DNA from: Paramoeba atlantica
Taxonomy: Eukaryota; Protista; Discosea
Length of the DNA stretch: 64,000 bases
Direction: 5' to 3'
Assembly: GCA_977017575.1 (NCBI GenBank)
Contig: CDRNVI010000043.1
Span: forward strand, 434,001 to 498,000
Shown here: positions 42,836 to 52,891 of the stretch, in pieces
How positions within the stretch are numbered: the first letter of the stretch is position 1
How the letters are laid out: the number at the start of each line of letters is the position of its first letter
Position numbers and translations under genes: made by a program
Notes under the pieces: generated by a model
Seen by the model: the letters and a program-made list of their open reading frames with translations, nothing else
Databases searched by the model: none
What the model was told of the DNA's origin: nothing

Positions 42836-45667
42836 CTAGCCTCGTACCCCGCGGCGGTACCAGTCCTGTACTGCCGCCTGTACAATCTGGGCATTACCTT
42901 TCTGGATGGCCACCCCTATGGCCATCAGAAGGTGGGACATGCATCCGTTCTTGTCGGATGAGTGAGCCCGGGCCACCTTGGTTAGGAAGTTCAAAGTCTC
43001 TGGGCCCGGGATCCCATACGTGGTGAATGCCAAGGGGTAAAATTCCATCCCTCGGGCGGTCGCCATCTCATCGTGTGAGCGCCGCTTGTTGGCCTCTGCC
43101 ATCCTCAGGGTATGAGAGGGCTCTGCGGCCTCCTTCTCCACGTAGGACGGGGCCAGTGGGTTCACCACGGTGACATCAACTAGGGCAGTCTTCCGTCCCA
43201 GCTGGAAGCATATGTCGGGCCCCCGTCCATTGTCGAACCTCGGTTCGTGTAGGTCCGGTTTGAAACCATACTGCACAAGAAGGTTTCGAAAGGTTTCCTT
43301 GACCTCCTTGTGGCGGGAGGCCTGGGTCTTCCCCTTAACCTTTTTGCAATCCAGTGCGTGTACGCAAAACTCCTCATTGCGGAGGGTTGCACCGCACACG
43401 CACTGGAGCTCAGGTTCCGAGGTGGGGGCGACCAAGTACCGGAGACGGGCCGCAGTCTCCCACTGCGGGTCCCGCATGTAATACTCCGGCCTGTTGGGCC
43501 ATGCGTTCATCCACTTAGTGGAGTGAATGTTCTGGGTCTGTCGCATGCAGACCAGTTGGGTGGCCGTCGGGGCTTTCCCCAACGCGGCCTCACAGAGGTT
43601 GCGCCGCTGTTCCTTGGCTGACATGCCTTGGGGTCGGCCCTGTAGGGCGTTCTTCGCCTTGGCCTGCATGTCTTCCGCCTTGTGCGCGAAGGGGATGGTC
43701 CCCAGGAAATCTGCCGTGAAAAGGTTATTGGAGAACGGCGTTTTTCCCAAGGAGCCCATCCCCCCGAGCAAGGCCTCAGCACATGCCAGGACGGCTTTGT
43801 CGACCTGGGTATTGGCCACTTTAGTGACCGGGGGGTCGTGGGTCCTTACGATGTAGTTCCATCGAGGACTCCCACAGAGTCTTAAAAGGGGCAAGGCGCA
43901 TTGCCTGCTAATGTCCTTGAGTTTCCCCAGGAAGGAGATTACCTTGGGGGCCTTGGAAAGCACCCATTCTTCCTCCCTAGCCTCCGACACCCCGATGAAG
44001 GCCCCCAGTAGTTTGACCCCCCCGGGGGAGTGGACCATGCGAGATCCGGAGAACTCGGAGAAGAGGTCCTCGCGTCTGGTAGCTACTTTGCATTTAGCAG
44101 TATTTAACCGTAGCCCAAGATGCTTCAGCTCCTCGCGGAGGGCCTCTAGGGCTTCCGCGCAAACCTTGGGTTCACCAGCAAAGGTGACGTCATCCAGGTA
44201 CGCCCAGACCTTCAGCGTGCCTGTGAAGTTGGCCGCCACTCTGGCGATTGCCCCCTGGATCCCTATGGCAAATAGGATGGGAGCCATGGGGTCGCCCTGC
44301 TTGACCCCCCTTGAGCTCGTGATGCATTGGCCTTCCCCAAGGTGAAGGGTACTGGTGGTGCCGTAGCTGAACAGGGTGATGCCCTCAATGGGGAGGAGTT
44401 TCGGATCCCCCCTTACCGCCCTAAAAATTGCCGACCGTGAGATGCTATTAAAGGCGTTCTCGAGGTCTGCCGCCACGATGACCTCCTTCGGCCTGTCCCT
44501 GAAGTGCTGTCGCACATTATAAATTATGTGCTCACACCCCTGCGTGTATTGGGCTCCAAACTGGATGCCCTGAAAGTAAGTGGGGAGATGTTCCCGGATT
44601 TTCTCCAGGGCAAGGAGCCCCGCCACCTTGAGGATGCACTCTCCCATGGCGATGGGCCTGTAGGAAGAGTGGTGCCCCGCCGGGGAGTCCGGTTTGGTGA
44701 ATAGTTTTAAGGACGCCCCCGTGAGAAGTTCCCTCATTGAGGGGGGGAGGGAGTTGGTCATTATCCCGTGGATTATCCACGTGATACACTCGCGGGGTCC
44801 ATCTTCCATGAGGACTGGGACAAGCAGTTCCTTGGTCCATCCCGTAGGTCCGGGGGCGCGGATAGGGGCCAGGATTTGAGCCTTCCTGGCCACATCGGCG
44901 GGGGAGGGTAGGGTTCCGTGTCGGTCCCTGTTGTACCTGAATTTCCCCGCAGTGTAGGGCCCGCCTGTGGGGTGTAGACGTTTTGCCTGTTCTAGGGCCG
45001 CCGTGGGGTTGGCCGGAGGATTGAGGGGCGCCTCCATCGTTTTGGCCGCCCTGGAGAAGCAACCCGCCCTGCACAATTCCTCGACCCGTTTTTTGACAGA
45101 CCACGGGGGGCCGTTGGCCTGACTCGGGGATGGAGCCAAGGTCTCCGAACCCTCTAAATGGGCGCGCATTCTAAGTTCGCGCGCTAGCTGGCGTTGCGAC
45201 AGCTTGTCCTCGGGGAGGAAAAGGAAACGTTTAACGGCGAGGAGGAGGTTCCAGGCTATCTCGACCTTGCCCTCCACCGACTTATTAATAAAATCGTGGC
45301 ATACACCGGCAGTGTATTCCTTCCAAGCCGGGTATTGGAATGCGTACAGTTTACGTAAGGACCCCCTCCCCAGGAGCTCTGCTAAATTTTCGGGGGAAGG
45401 GGCTTGTCCACGCACCTCAACTGGAGCGCCCTGGGTTGTCGGGGTGGATTGCTTGTTTCGTGTGGTGGAAGACACTCCCCCCACCTCCGATGTCCCCCCC
45501 TGTCCCGTCGTCCGCTGAGAAGTTTTGGGCACATTGGCGGCCGCCGCGATGTGCTCGATCAGGGTCCCGTGAGAGTGCGGGGTTGGCCCCCCATTACAAT
45601 GGGATTCTGGATACGGGCCAGCTCTGCAGCTGCCAGCCTCGGCGCGATCCTCGCTGGCGTCCGGCAT
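42836..45667 (-). CDS. Reverse transcriptase / CCHC finger / RLE polyprotein; frame extends to about 46826 across two homopolymer frameshifts
   Basis: APGPTGW, YRPIAM, DLENAFNSI, GVKQGDP, YLDD, KLLGAFIG; CVC..HALDC, RH, PD..D..E..K. Confidence 0.92.
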   Translation of the reverse strand: MPDASEDRAEAGSCRAGPYPESHCNGGPTPHSHGTLIEHIAAAANVPKTSQRTTGQGGTSEVGGVSSTTRNKQSTPTTQGAPVEVRGQAPSPENLAELLGRGSLRKLYAFQYPAWKEYTAGVCHDFINKSVEGKVEIAWNLLLAVKRFLFLPEDKLSQRQLARELRMRAHLEGSETLAPSPSQANGPPWSVKKRVEELCRAGCFSRAAKTMEAPLNPPANPTAALEQAKRLHPTGGPYTAGKFRYNRDRHGTLPSPADVARKAQILAPIRAPGPTGWTKELLVPVLMEDGPRECITWIIHGIMTNSLPPSMRELLTGASLKLFTKPDSPAGHHSSYRPIAMGECILKVAGLLALEKIREHLPTYFQGIQFGAQYTQGCEHIIYNVRQHFRDRPKEVIVAADLENAFNSISRSAIFRAVRGDPKLLPIEGITLFSYGTTSTLHLGEGQCITSSRGVKQGDPMAPILFAIGIQGAIARVAANFTGTLKVWAYLDDVTFAGEPKVCAEALEALREELKHLGLRLNTAKCKVATRREDLFSEFSGSRMVHSPGGVKLLGAFIGVSEAREEEWVLSKAPKVISFLGKLKDISRQCALPLLRLCGSPRWNYIVRTHDPPVTKVANTQVDKAVLACAEALLGGMGSLGKTPFSNNLFTADFLGTIPFAHKAEDMQAKAKNALQGRPQGMSAKEQRRNLCEAALGKAPTATQLVCMRQTQNIHSTKWMNAWPNRPEYYMRDPQWETAARLRYLVAPTSEPELQCVCGATLRNEEFCVHALDCKKVKGKTQASRHKEVKETFRNLLVQYGFKPDLHEPRFDNGRGPDICFQLGRKTALVDVTVVNPLAPSYVEKEAAEPSHTLRMAEANKRRSHDEMATARGMEFYPLAFTTYGIPGPETLNFLTKVARAHSSDKNGCMSHLLMAIGVAIQKGNAQIVQAAVQDWYRRGVRG

Positions 45668-46263
45668 GGCCCCCCCCAGAACAGGGGTTGTGGACTTAGG
45701 GCCCGATGAAAAGCTGTGGGGTGTCGGGATGGGCCCCCCATTACAATGGGATTTTGGATACGGGCCCGCTCTGAGGCTGCCAGCCTCGGCGCAATCCTCG
45801 CTGGCATCCCGCTTGGCCCCCCCAGAACAGGGGTTGTGGACTTAGGGCCCGATGAAAAGCTGTTGGGTGTCGGGGTGGGCCCCCCATTACAATGGGATTT
45901 TGGATACGGGCCCGCTCTGAGGCTGCCAGCCTCGGCGCAATCCTCGCTGGCATCCGGCATGGCCCCCCCCAGAACAAGGGTTGTGGACTTAGGGCCCGAT
46001 GAAAAGCTGTTGGGTGTCGGGGTGGGCCCCCCATTACAATGGGATTTTGGATACGGGCCCGCTCTGAGGCTGCGAGCCTCGGCGCAATCCTCGCTGGCAT
46101 CCGGCATGGCCCCCCCAGAACAGGGGTTGTGGACTTAGGGCCCGATGAAAAGCTGTGGGGTGTCGGGTTGGGCCCCCCATTACAATGGGATTTTGGATAC
46201 GGGCCCGCTCTGAGGCTGCCAGCCTCGGCGCAATCCTCGCTGGCATCCCGCTTGGCCCCCCCC
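45586..46263 (-). repeat. About 4.6 x 146/147-bp coding tandem repeat (49 aa, DASEDCAEAGSLRAGPYPKSHCNGGP...)
   Basis: Periods of 146, 147, 146 nt; length difference is a C7 vs C8 run. Confidence 0.92.
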
Positions 46264-46822
46264 TGATGCGGGGGTGTGGGAATGGGGTCTGTAATGTGGG
46301 GGTCGGGTAGTGGGGTAGGGGTGTCCTCGGTTTGTGTGCTCGTCTGTCCCGTTACGTTCACGGGGTTACTGTCCGCGGGGCCGGAGGATTTGGGCGTTTT
46401 ATTCTTCCGTTTTGCGCGGCGTGGTCCCGGGTTGGCTTCGATGCACCCTCTACGGAGGTTACACCGGACTAACTCGGCCGACCACCCCGAGTCAGCTATC
46501 AGTCCCTCCGTGGGCGTGAAGCTCCAGCAAGCCGTTCCGCCCTCCGACGCGAACGGGGTCCAGGCTCCTGCAAAGCACTGGGCTATACCAAGGGCGTGGC
46601 ATAGGAAAAAGGGGATATGTTCGCCTGGGAGATCGGACGGCGTCTCTATGCTTGCTCCTGCTCCCGATCCGTCGAAGACTTTGACGTGGGGACCGTGGGA
46701 GGGGCCGTGGTTTGGAGTGAGCAGAGAGGCCCATATGCACTCAGCCTCTCCATTAGACAAATGAATTGTCTCCACCTTGTGGGCTACTTCCCGTTCTTTT
46801 CCCAAAAGCAATTTGCTCCAAT

Positions 46823-47122
46823 TCACCGATAAGGTATTGTATTCCGAAGGAAATGAGTGTCTTCCTCGTGTTCTTTGCGCGCCTTGCGTCGGTTTAGGTT
46901 CTGCGGATCATTAAAAAAGACTCGCACCATACCCTCAAGTAGGTCGTCAGAAAGATGTCTCTTCTTGTTTTCTATGTGCAACATGTGACCAAATTCGCGC
47001 TCCGTGTGTGTTTCGGAAAAGTGAATCCGGTTTATTGCTTGTCTAAACGTATTTTTGAGAAACAGAACTTCGCCAATAGTTCTCCACAACTTGTCGCTGT
47101 GTATCATCAACCACGCGATCAA
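46823..47122 (-). pseudogene. hAT transposase C-terminal dimerisation-domain fragment
   Basis: SETHTEREFGHMLHIENKKRHLSDDLLEGMVRVFFN resembles S-x4-ER-x-FS-x-M..R..LS..LE..N. Confidence 0.55.
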
Positions 47123-47370
47123 ATTCCGACTCCAACCGCGATGCCTAAAAAAGTTGGATTATCAATTGTAATAATTTATAATAATTATTATTAAAGAAAA
47201 AAATTATTAATAATTTTGCTACTATGGTTCATCTCCTCTTAGAACATTCTAGTCTAATACCAGTGTTAATATCGCGTTGAAACCATTCTCATTACAAAAG
47301 TAAACGGGGTAGGGCGATTTTTTTGGAGTCCAAAAACAAGCATTTTAATCTTTTTATGAAAGCTAAAAAT

Positions 47371-47955
47371 TTAAAGACGTTCTATTTTTGTCCCACTTAT
47401 GATTAAACAGTGTATACCACGCGGTAAGTCATTTGTCACTAACGTACCAGTAAGCTTCGGATTCTCCGACAAACTTAACTGCCGAAGCCCTCGTGGAAGT
47501 TTCGCAAATAATATAGGACCTGTAAAATCATTTCGCATTAAGTGAAGAAACATTAGATTCGGGGGGCAATCGTGTAAATCCAACGAACCACTAAACCTAT
47601 TGAATTGCAATCTCAAAGCACACAAATGACGCGGCAACTCATCGAAAAACACGTTCCCGAATAGTTGATTTGAAGACAAATCGACATCTTCTATAGTTTG
47701 AGGAAGTTGTGACCAGTGTAAATATCCTCGTAGCATTCGACCTTCCCATGAAAGGGCAGTAACTGTTCCGTTGATATTACAAGACACACCAGGCCATTGG
47801 CACGCAGGTTCTTGTTTCGGAAAACGCCAATCGGATTCTTCCACGTCCCTCAGGAAAAGAGCAAGTTCGAATTCTGGCGGTCTTCGAGCACTTATACGAG
47901 CTAAACGGGGCCCGTCGGAGGGATCCTCAGAATTCGCAAACCGGAGAGTAAGCAT
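47371..47955 (-). CDS. Leucine-rich repeat protein (family member 2)
   Basis: ACQWPGVSC cap; LPxxLxxLxLxxNxxxG repeats; 3 x 15-bp tandem at about 47960-48005 just upstream. Confidence 0.85.
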   Translation of the reverse strand: MLTLRFANSEDPSDGPRLARISARRPPEFELALFLRDVEESDWRFPKQEPACQWPGVSCNINGTVTALSWEGRMLRGYLHWSQLPQTIEDVDLSSNQLFGNVFFDELPRHLCALRLQFNRFSGSLDLHDCPPNLMFLHLMRNDFTGPILFAKLPRGLRQLSLSENPKLTGTLVTNDLPRGIHCLIISGTKIERL

Positions 47956-48060
47956 ATACAGTTGTAATAAGTGAAGTTGTAATAAGTGAAGTTGTAATAA
48001 GTTAGTGATATAGCAATAAGTTTTATTTTAATTGAATAAATACTACACGACTCTTGTATA

Positions 48061-48150
48061 CAGGGGGTGGCACGAAAATATGGGGGGGGGTCAAAAATCG
48101 TATAAATTGTCCAATTTTGGAAATTAGCACCGCATTCGAGAGCTTTCGCA
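48061..48150. mobile_element. Solo left end of the MITE family at 10841-11601
   Basis: ta|cagggggtggcacgaaaatatggggggggg tcaaaa..ccaattttggaaa..gcattcgagagct; no right TIR found. Confidence 0.75.
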
Positions 48151-48642
48151 GAGATACGCTTTCGCAGAGAGTACGTGTCACCTGCTATTGCGTTTCCCGT
48201 GCTTCTAATTTTTTTTAACTTTGGACAAGAACATACGTTTCCGGAACTTGCAATTTTCTTCAAATTCATCGATTTTTTCGATATCTTAGGTATCTTCCTT
48301 ATAAATCCTTATTACCCAAACCCGTTTCCAATGTTCATGATCGCCTTAGAGAATAGATAGATCACGCGATCAAAAGAGTACTAAGTTAAGCGCACCAAGT
48401 AAGTTCCACAGTGATAGTATCCCGATCACAATGCGAAGTCCCCACCGACCTGAACGTCCTCATTGAAGCTCTTGTGCCATCGCAAAGCATCGTGAAATAA
48501 TTTCCTATTCTTTGGGAACGCCAAGCGCACATTCATGGTGTTTACAAGAAGGAAATGCCCATACTCGAAATGGAACAGCCCTCTCCAGGTTCCTTCTGGA
48601 AATGGAAATATTTTCGAACATAACCAACTGCAACACACTACA

Positions 48643-49512
48643 CTAAGAGCCTTTATAACACGGTATCCGTTTCTCGATGAATGCATTTATTCCTTCCAAT
48701 CGGTCTTTGCTGTTCAATATAGAATGGTAGCACGCGCGTTCTATTCGCATATGCGCATCAGCATCTACTTCCGTTAATGCGGATGCTCTTAATGCCTTTT
48801 TCGATGCTCTAACAGCGAGAGGTGCGTTATTAGCAATAGTACGACCAAGGTCAACAGCATTTTCTACGGCTTCACCGGAAGTCACGACCGCGTTGACTAG
48901 GTTTATGCTGAGTGCCTCGCGTGCATTTATCTGTCGTCCGGTGAATACAAGTTCACATGATTTACTATAGCCGACAATCAGGCTCAAATGTTGCGTACCA
49001 CCTGCACCTGGAATAATACCGAGTTTAGTTTCAGGTAGTGAGAAGACGCTCTTCTCACCCGCAACACGCATGTCACATGAAAGTGCTAACTCGAATCCGC
49101 CGCCGATAGCCGGCCCCTCTATAGCAGCAATTGTGGGCATTGGTAATCGTGATATTGACACGAAAAGGCGACGCAAAATGTCGACAAAAAGAATAGTTTC
49201 CTTGTTTGACATTTTCTGTCGTTCATGTAAATCAGCTCCTGCACAGTACACCCCTTCCACTGCGCTTGCAAAAATTAGGCATCGACATTTAGAATTCACG
49301 CTCATTTTGGTTACATGCTTTTGTAGTTTGTTCACCAATGACTTGCTCAGAGCATTCCTTCGCTCAGGACGGTTCAATTCTAGGACATAAACACCGTTCT
49401 GTCCGATTTCCAGTCTACATTCGTGCTCAATTGATTTCTTAGTACAGGGTGCATCAACAGCAGAAAGAGTGGTGCGACAACCTTTTGCACATCTTACAAA
49501 CGATTTAAGCAT
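48643..49512 (-). CDS. Enoyl-CoA hydratase / methylglutaconyl-CoA hydratase (AUH-like)
   Basis: YCAGADL, AIGGGFELALSCD, PETKLGIIPGAGGTQ. Confidence 0.92.
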   Translation of the reverse strand: MLKSFVRCAKGCRTTLSAVDAPCTKKSIEHECRLEIGQNGVYVLELNRPERRNALSKSLVNKLQKHVTKMSVNSKCRCLIFASAVEGVYCAGADLHERQKMSNKETILFVDILRRLFVSISRLPMPTIAAIEGPAIGGGFELALSCDMRVAGEKSVFSLPETKLGIIPGAGGTQHLSLIVGYSKSCELVFTGRQINAREALSINLVNAVVTSGEAVENAVDLGRTIANNAPLAVRASKKALRASALTEVDADAHMRIERACYHSILNSKDRLEGINAFIEKRIPCYKGS

Positions 49513-49808
49513 TTAATATTTACTTTCACGCTAAATTCCGAAACCCAAAATTACTTTTGAAAAGAAGGTTTAAACGACAAGTAGTTCGGTACCCGGCGTT
49601 CCTATTTCTGACTATGCGTCATAGTTACTCCACGCATTTTCAAAACCGTCTTTTAAAAACGGTTTAAAAATTTTATAAGCAAAAGAGGGGTTGTCGGAAC
49701 TTAATTTGACATCATAAAAGCCCGAGTACTCCAATGGCAATCTGTACCACAATAAATTTCATGGGCATTGCATGCTACATGTGCTGAATACGGATGCATT
49801 GATAAATG

Positions 49809-50489
49809 CTAATCACGATGTTCAGGATGTTCTTCGTGTACGTATTCGCCTTGTTCATTTCCTTCGTCGAGAATTTCATCATTGCGCATTGAAGTAGTTC
49901 CGTATCCGGCATTGCAATTCCCTGCGAGTAGACCCGTAAGTCCGAATCCTGCAATAGGGTCATTCCACTCTGCTTCCTTTTGTATTTGCTGAGCAATTTG
50001 CTCAAGGTAATTTCCCATAAGAACTTTCTCTGGAGGGCGAACCAAATCGTTCGTAAGTGTAGCAATGTTTTCACACAATGTTTGGGGTAATTCTACCACT
50101 GACCTCTTCGGCATACAAACCTGGACATATTCAGAGGTAGTTGGTTTATGATTGCAAAGCTCAATTCTTTCCGTAGGTGTAAGCTCCGGTAAGTCACGGT
50201 TCTTCAGTAATTTATCCACAGTTACTAAGTATTCCTTCAAAATATTAGAAGGGGGAAATCCAGCAGGACTCCTTTCATCTACCTCAAACTCATTAGCGTC
50301 GTTCTCATCGCTTGTGAGGTAGGGTCTTTCTGATCTCAAAGCGCACAGTAGATGATGCTCCAATGTAACCACATTGCTTGGTAGCGGGACTAAATCGCGC
50401 GATTCTAGAAAGGACTGTCTTTGCTCTCTACGCTTGAGCAATAGCTTAAGCATTTCGAGATTAGTTATGGGGACTGATGCGTCGGACAT
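49809..50489 (-). CDS. RNA polymerase III subunit C17/RPC9 (Rpb4-like)
   Basis: ITNLEMLKLL N-terminus and LTPTERIELCNHKP HRDC-like motif. Confidence 0.6.
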   Translation of the reverse strand: MSDASVPITNLEMLKLLLKRREQRQSFLESRDLVPLPSNVVTLEHHLLCALRSERPYLTSDENDANEFEVDERSPAGFPPSNILKEYLVTVDKLLKNRDLPELTPTERIELCNHKPTTSEYVQVCMPKRSVVELPQTLCENIATLTNDLVRPPEKVLMGNYLEQIAQQIQKEAEWNDPIAGFGLTGLLAGNCNAGYGTTSMRNDEILDEGNEQGEYVHEEHPEHRD

Positions 50490-50809
50490 GTAGCGTGCCA
50501 GTAATAGTAAGTTCTATAAAAACATGGCCTTGGTAAATGATTTAAAAATTTGATCGAAAGAGAAGGCCTGAAGACATAACGCAGTACTCGGCTTAAAATG
50601 ATAGTAACAGTGGAGAATTATCCAGTGTCCCGGTTTTTTGTATATGATAGCTGGAAAAGGATATTTAGACTTTTACCTGAGAAATGAGAAAGAAAACTAC
50701 GTTTTGAATCTAGTGTGATTAAGCGCTTGAAGCACAAAAAAGTCTGAAAACATCAGTTTGCAGGCCTTCTCGTTCCAGGAAAAGGCCCACGACGTGTATT
50801 AACGCAGCT

Positions 50810-51058
50810 CTAGGAATTCCACCCAGCCTTTCGTTGATACTTCTCCCTCATTTTTTTCTTCTCTTCTTCGCTCAACGGAGGATTCATGTAGAGCATAATT
50901 CCTAATGCCACAGGAACTATAACCAGCTGCATCCGAATCATTTTCTTGCCCTCCAATTTGATTTTATTCCATGTAGATTCGTCTATACAGGTAGGTATTT
51001 GAAATGGTGTTCTCCATGAAGTATTTCTTTGGCACAAGAGTCGGATCGCAGCGCGCAT
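50810..51058 (-). CDS. Small single-TM protein, probably mitochondrial
   Basis: 82 aa; basic presequence-like start, TM LVIVPVALGIMLY. Confidence 0.6.
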   Translation of the reverse strand: MRAAIRLLCQRNTSWRTPFQIPTCIDESTWNKIKLEGKKMIRMQLVIVPVALGIMLYMNPPLSEEEKKKMREKYQRKAGWNS

Positions 51059-51359
51059 ACCAAAAGAGGATATTCTATACTTTAAAATTTATATATTGTA
51101 GTTTGTATTGCTTCTTTTGTTGTTTGTATTACTATTTTGCACTCTGCCGCAATATAAAGAAAAATGCACTCATTTAACTGAGTGTCTCAAAAAGTGAATG
51201 ATCAACGACGAAGAAACAGGGGACAGCGAACTCTACCGAGTAGTAATTGTAAACAAGATCCGTCAAAAAAGAAATAGAAGAAACGAAAAAATCCGAGCAA
51301 GACCGAATGTTGTCGTCACTTGGCAAGTAAATTTTTCATGCAAGTTTCTCTACTCAAGT

Positions 51360-51731
51360 TCAATATAATCTGAAACGACCGCATGATTTACACCGAATTG
51401 TGTATGCCTCGTTGCGGTTTCGACACTCAAAATAAGAGCAGTACCAAGGTACTCGCACTGTGGGTGTCATTTCCTTCCACTCTACAGGACGAGACGCTGA
51501 GCAAGACCAACAATTTTTTTGGGCATTATTGCTGCACATTCCGCAACCCTTACAGTGCCACTGTCCAAAAAGCAAAGGTTTTGCGGGACGTACTCGAGAA
51601 CAGTTCTCACATTCGCCTTTTCTCTTCTCGTTCAATCTATTACATACACAAAGCCAGTCTCCACATCGGGGTCTTTTGATGGTCCAGGGTCGCAGTAACA
51701 CACGTGGCCAAGGAGAGGATATTATTTTCAT
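51360..51731 (-). CDS. Triple RanBP2-type zinc-finger protein
   Basis: W-x-C-x(1-4)-C-x3-N-x6-C-x2-C, three times. Confidence 0.75.
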   Translation of the reverse strand: MKIISSPWPRVLLRPWTIKRPRCGDWLCVCNRLNEKRKGECENCSRVRPAKPLLFGQWHCKGCGMCSNNAQKNCWSCSASRPVEWKEMTPTVRVPWYCSYFECRNRNEAYTIRCKSCGRFRLY

Positions 51732-51955
51732 TTCGATGTCATGTAATACGGTTCACAGCGCAAAGGTCGTTCATGTATTTCGAAACCTGTAAATAAGGAG
51801 GAATTCGCATGAGGACAAAAAACATTTTTATCTGCATACAGAAATGAAACTGTATTTCTAGGCCGGGTGGTTTGCCAAAATAAATCTATTCGCAACAGGA
51901 CTTAATCAAAAAAAATACTAACCTATATTTAAAGATAATCTCGGGTACCCGCTTC

Positions 51956-52588
51956 CTATTCAAGAAGACAAGTCAAATCCTCATCATTCATATCCACCTC
52001 TTCCCCCTCACCTTGTGGCAACCTCTGAACAACATTCCCATGCCTGTGTCGTTTATGTATCTCCCGTTCCACCCTCTCCTCCACCCTCTCCTCACGACCA
52101 CTCTCCTCACGCCCACTCTCCCCCGTTTCACTTTCCGAGTTTTCGAACCCACCCTCGCGCCGCTCGCCTCCCCCTTCTCCCTCCTCCTCCTCCTCCTCCC
52201 CCTCGCTCCTCCCCCCACTCGAGCGACTCCTCTCACTCCCCGACTCCGCCTCGCGGTCGACGTACCGCTGGGCGTGTCGCGCGGCGCGCTGTCGCGCCTT
52301 CTGCTTTCGCGCCCGGCGCGCGAGCCCGCGCTCGCTGACGTAGCCGGTCGCCTTGTGGTAACGCTGCAGGGTGCGACGGGCGACGTGCTCGAGTCGCCAC
52401 GGGAGCTCTGCCGCGGGGAGGTCCCGGTTGGTGAGCACCGCGCGGAGACCGCGACGGAGCCCGGGGTGGTAGGCGGGGGGGATTTCCTGCATCTGACGGA
52501 GCAGAGCAAAGAGGGTCTCCGGGGGGACGGTGTCCGGGGTGAGGTCGACGGCGATGCGGTCGTTGTAGTGGTTGGGGAAGGGAGGCAT
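51956..52588 (-). CDS. Hypothetical protein with basic then Glu/Gly-rich C-terminus
   Basis: 210-aa ORF co-oriented, inside a skew island. Confidence 0.6.
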   Translation of the reverse strand: MPPFPNHYNDRIAVDLTPDTVPPETLFALLRQMQEIPPAYHPGLRRGLRAVLTNRDLPAAELPWRLEHVARRTLQRYHKATGYVSERGLARRARKQKARQRAARHAQRYVDREAESGSERSRSSGGRSEGEEEEEEGEGGGERREGGFENSESETGESGREESGREERVEERVEREIHKRHRHGNVVQRLPQGEGEEVDMNDEDLTCLLE

Positions 52589-52891
52589 GGGTGAGGGGGG
52601 AGGAAAAGAAAGAAAAAGTTTCTTGGAAAAGACGCTTCTACACTGTAGGTTACCATTGTAAGTTATAACTTTTTTGATCCTTTTTTTCCCTTTTGCAAAA
52701 ATAAACCTCTAGAAGAGCTTCGTCTTGTGTGTGACGGAAGGAGATGTGAAATGCCATGGAAAGACGCGAAAAGAATAACGTGTGAAAAGTAACATGTGAG
52801 CTCCTTACACTGTTCATACATTGTAGTTTTAGGAAGTCGTAGAAGTGTAAAGGAAGAGTAAAAAACGGATAGGGTAAAAGCTCCACACAGA

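Larger units (their letters stand above)
42791..46830 (-). mobile_element. CRE/SLACS/CZAR-type non-LTR retrotransposon (RT plus restriction-like endonuclease)
   Basis: RT-RLE ORF, about 22-nt 3' UTR, A23 tail (T-run 42791-42813); 5' boundary approximate, no TSD found. Confidence 0.85.
40910..47226. mobile_element. hAT-like DNA transposon shell with nested retroelements
   Basis: Perfect 8-bp TSD gttcatct (40902-40909, 47227-47234); short TIR catagcagca / tgctactatg; AT-rich subterminal inverted aaattattaataattttt; hAT-type fragment inside. Confidence 0.75.
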
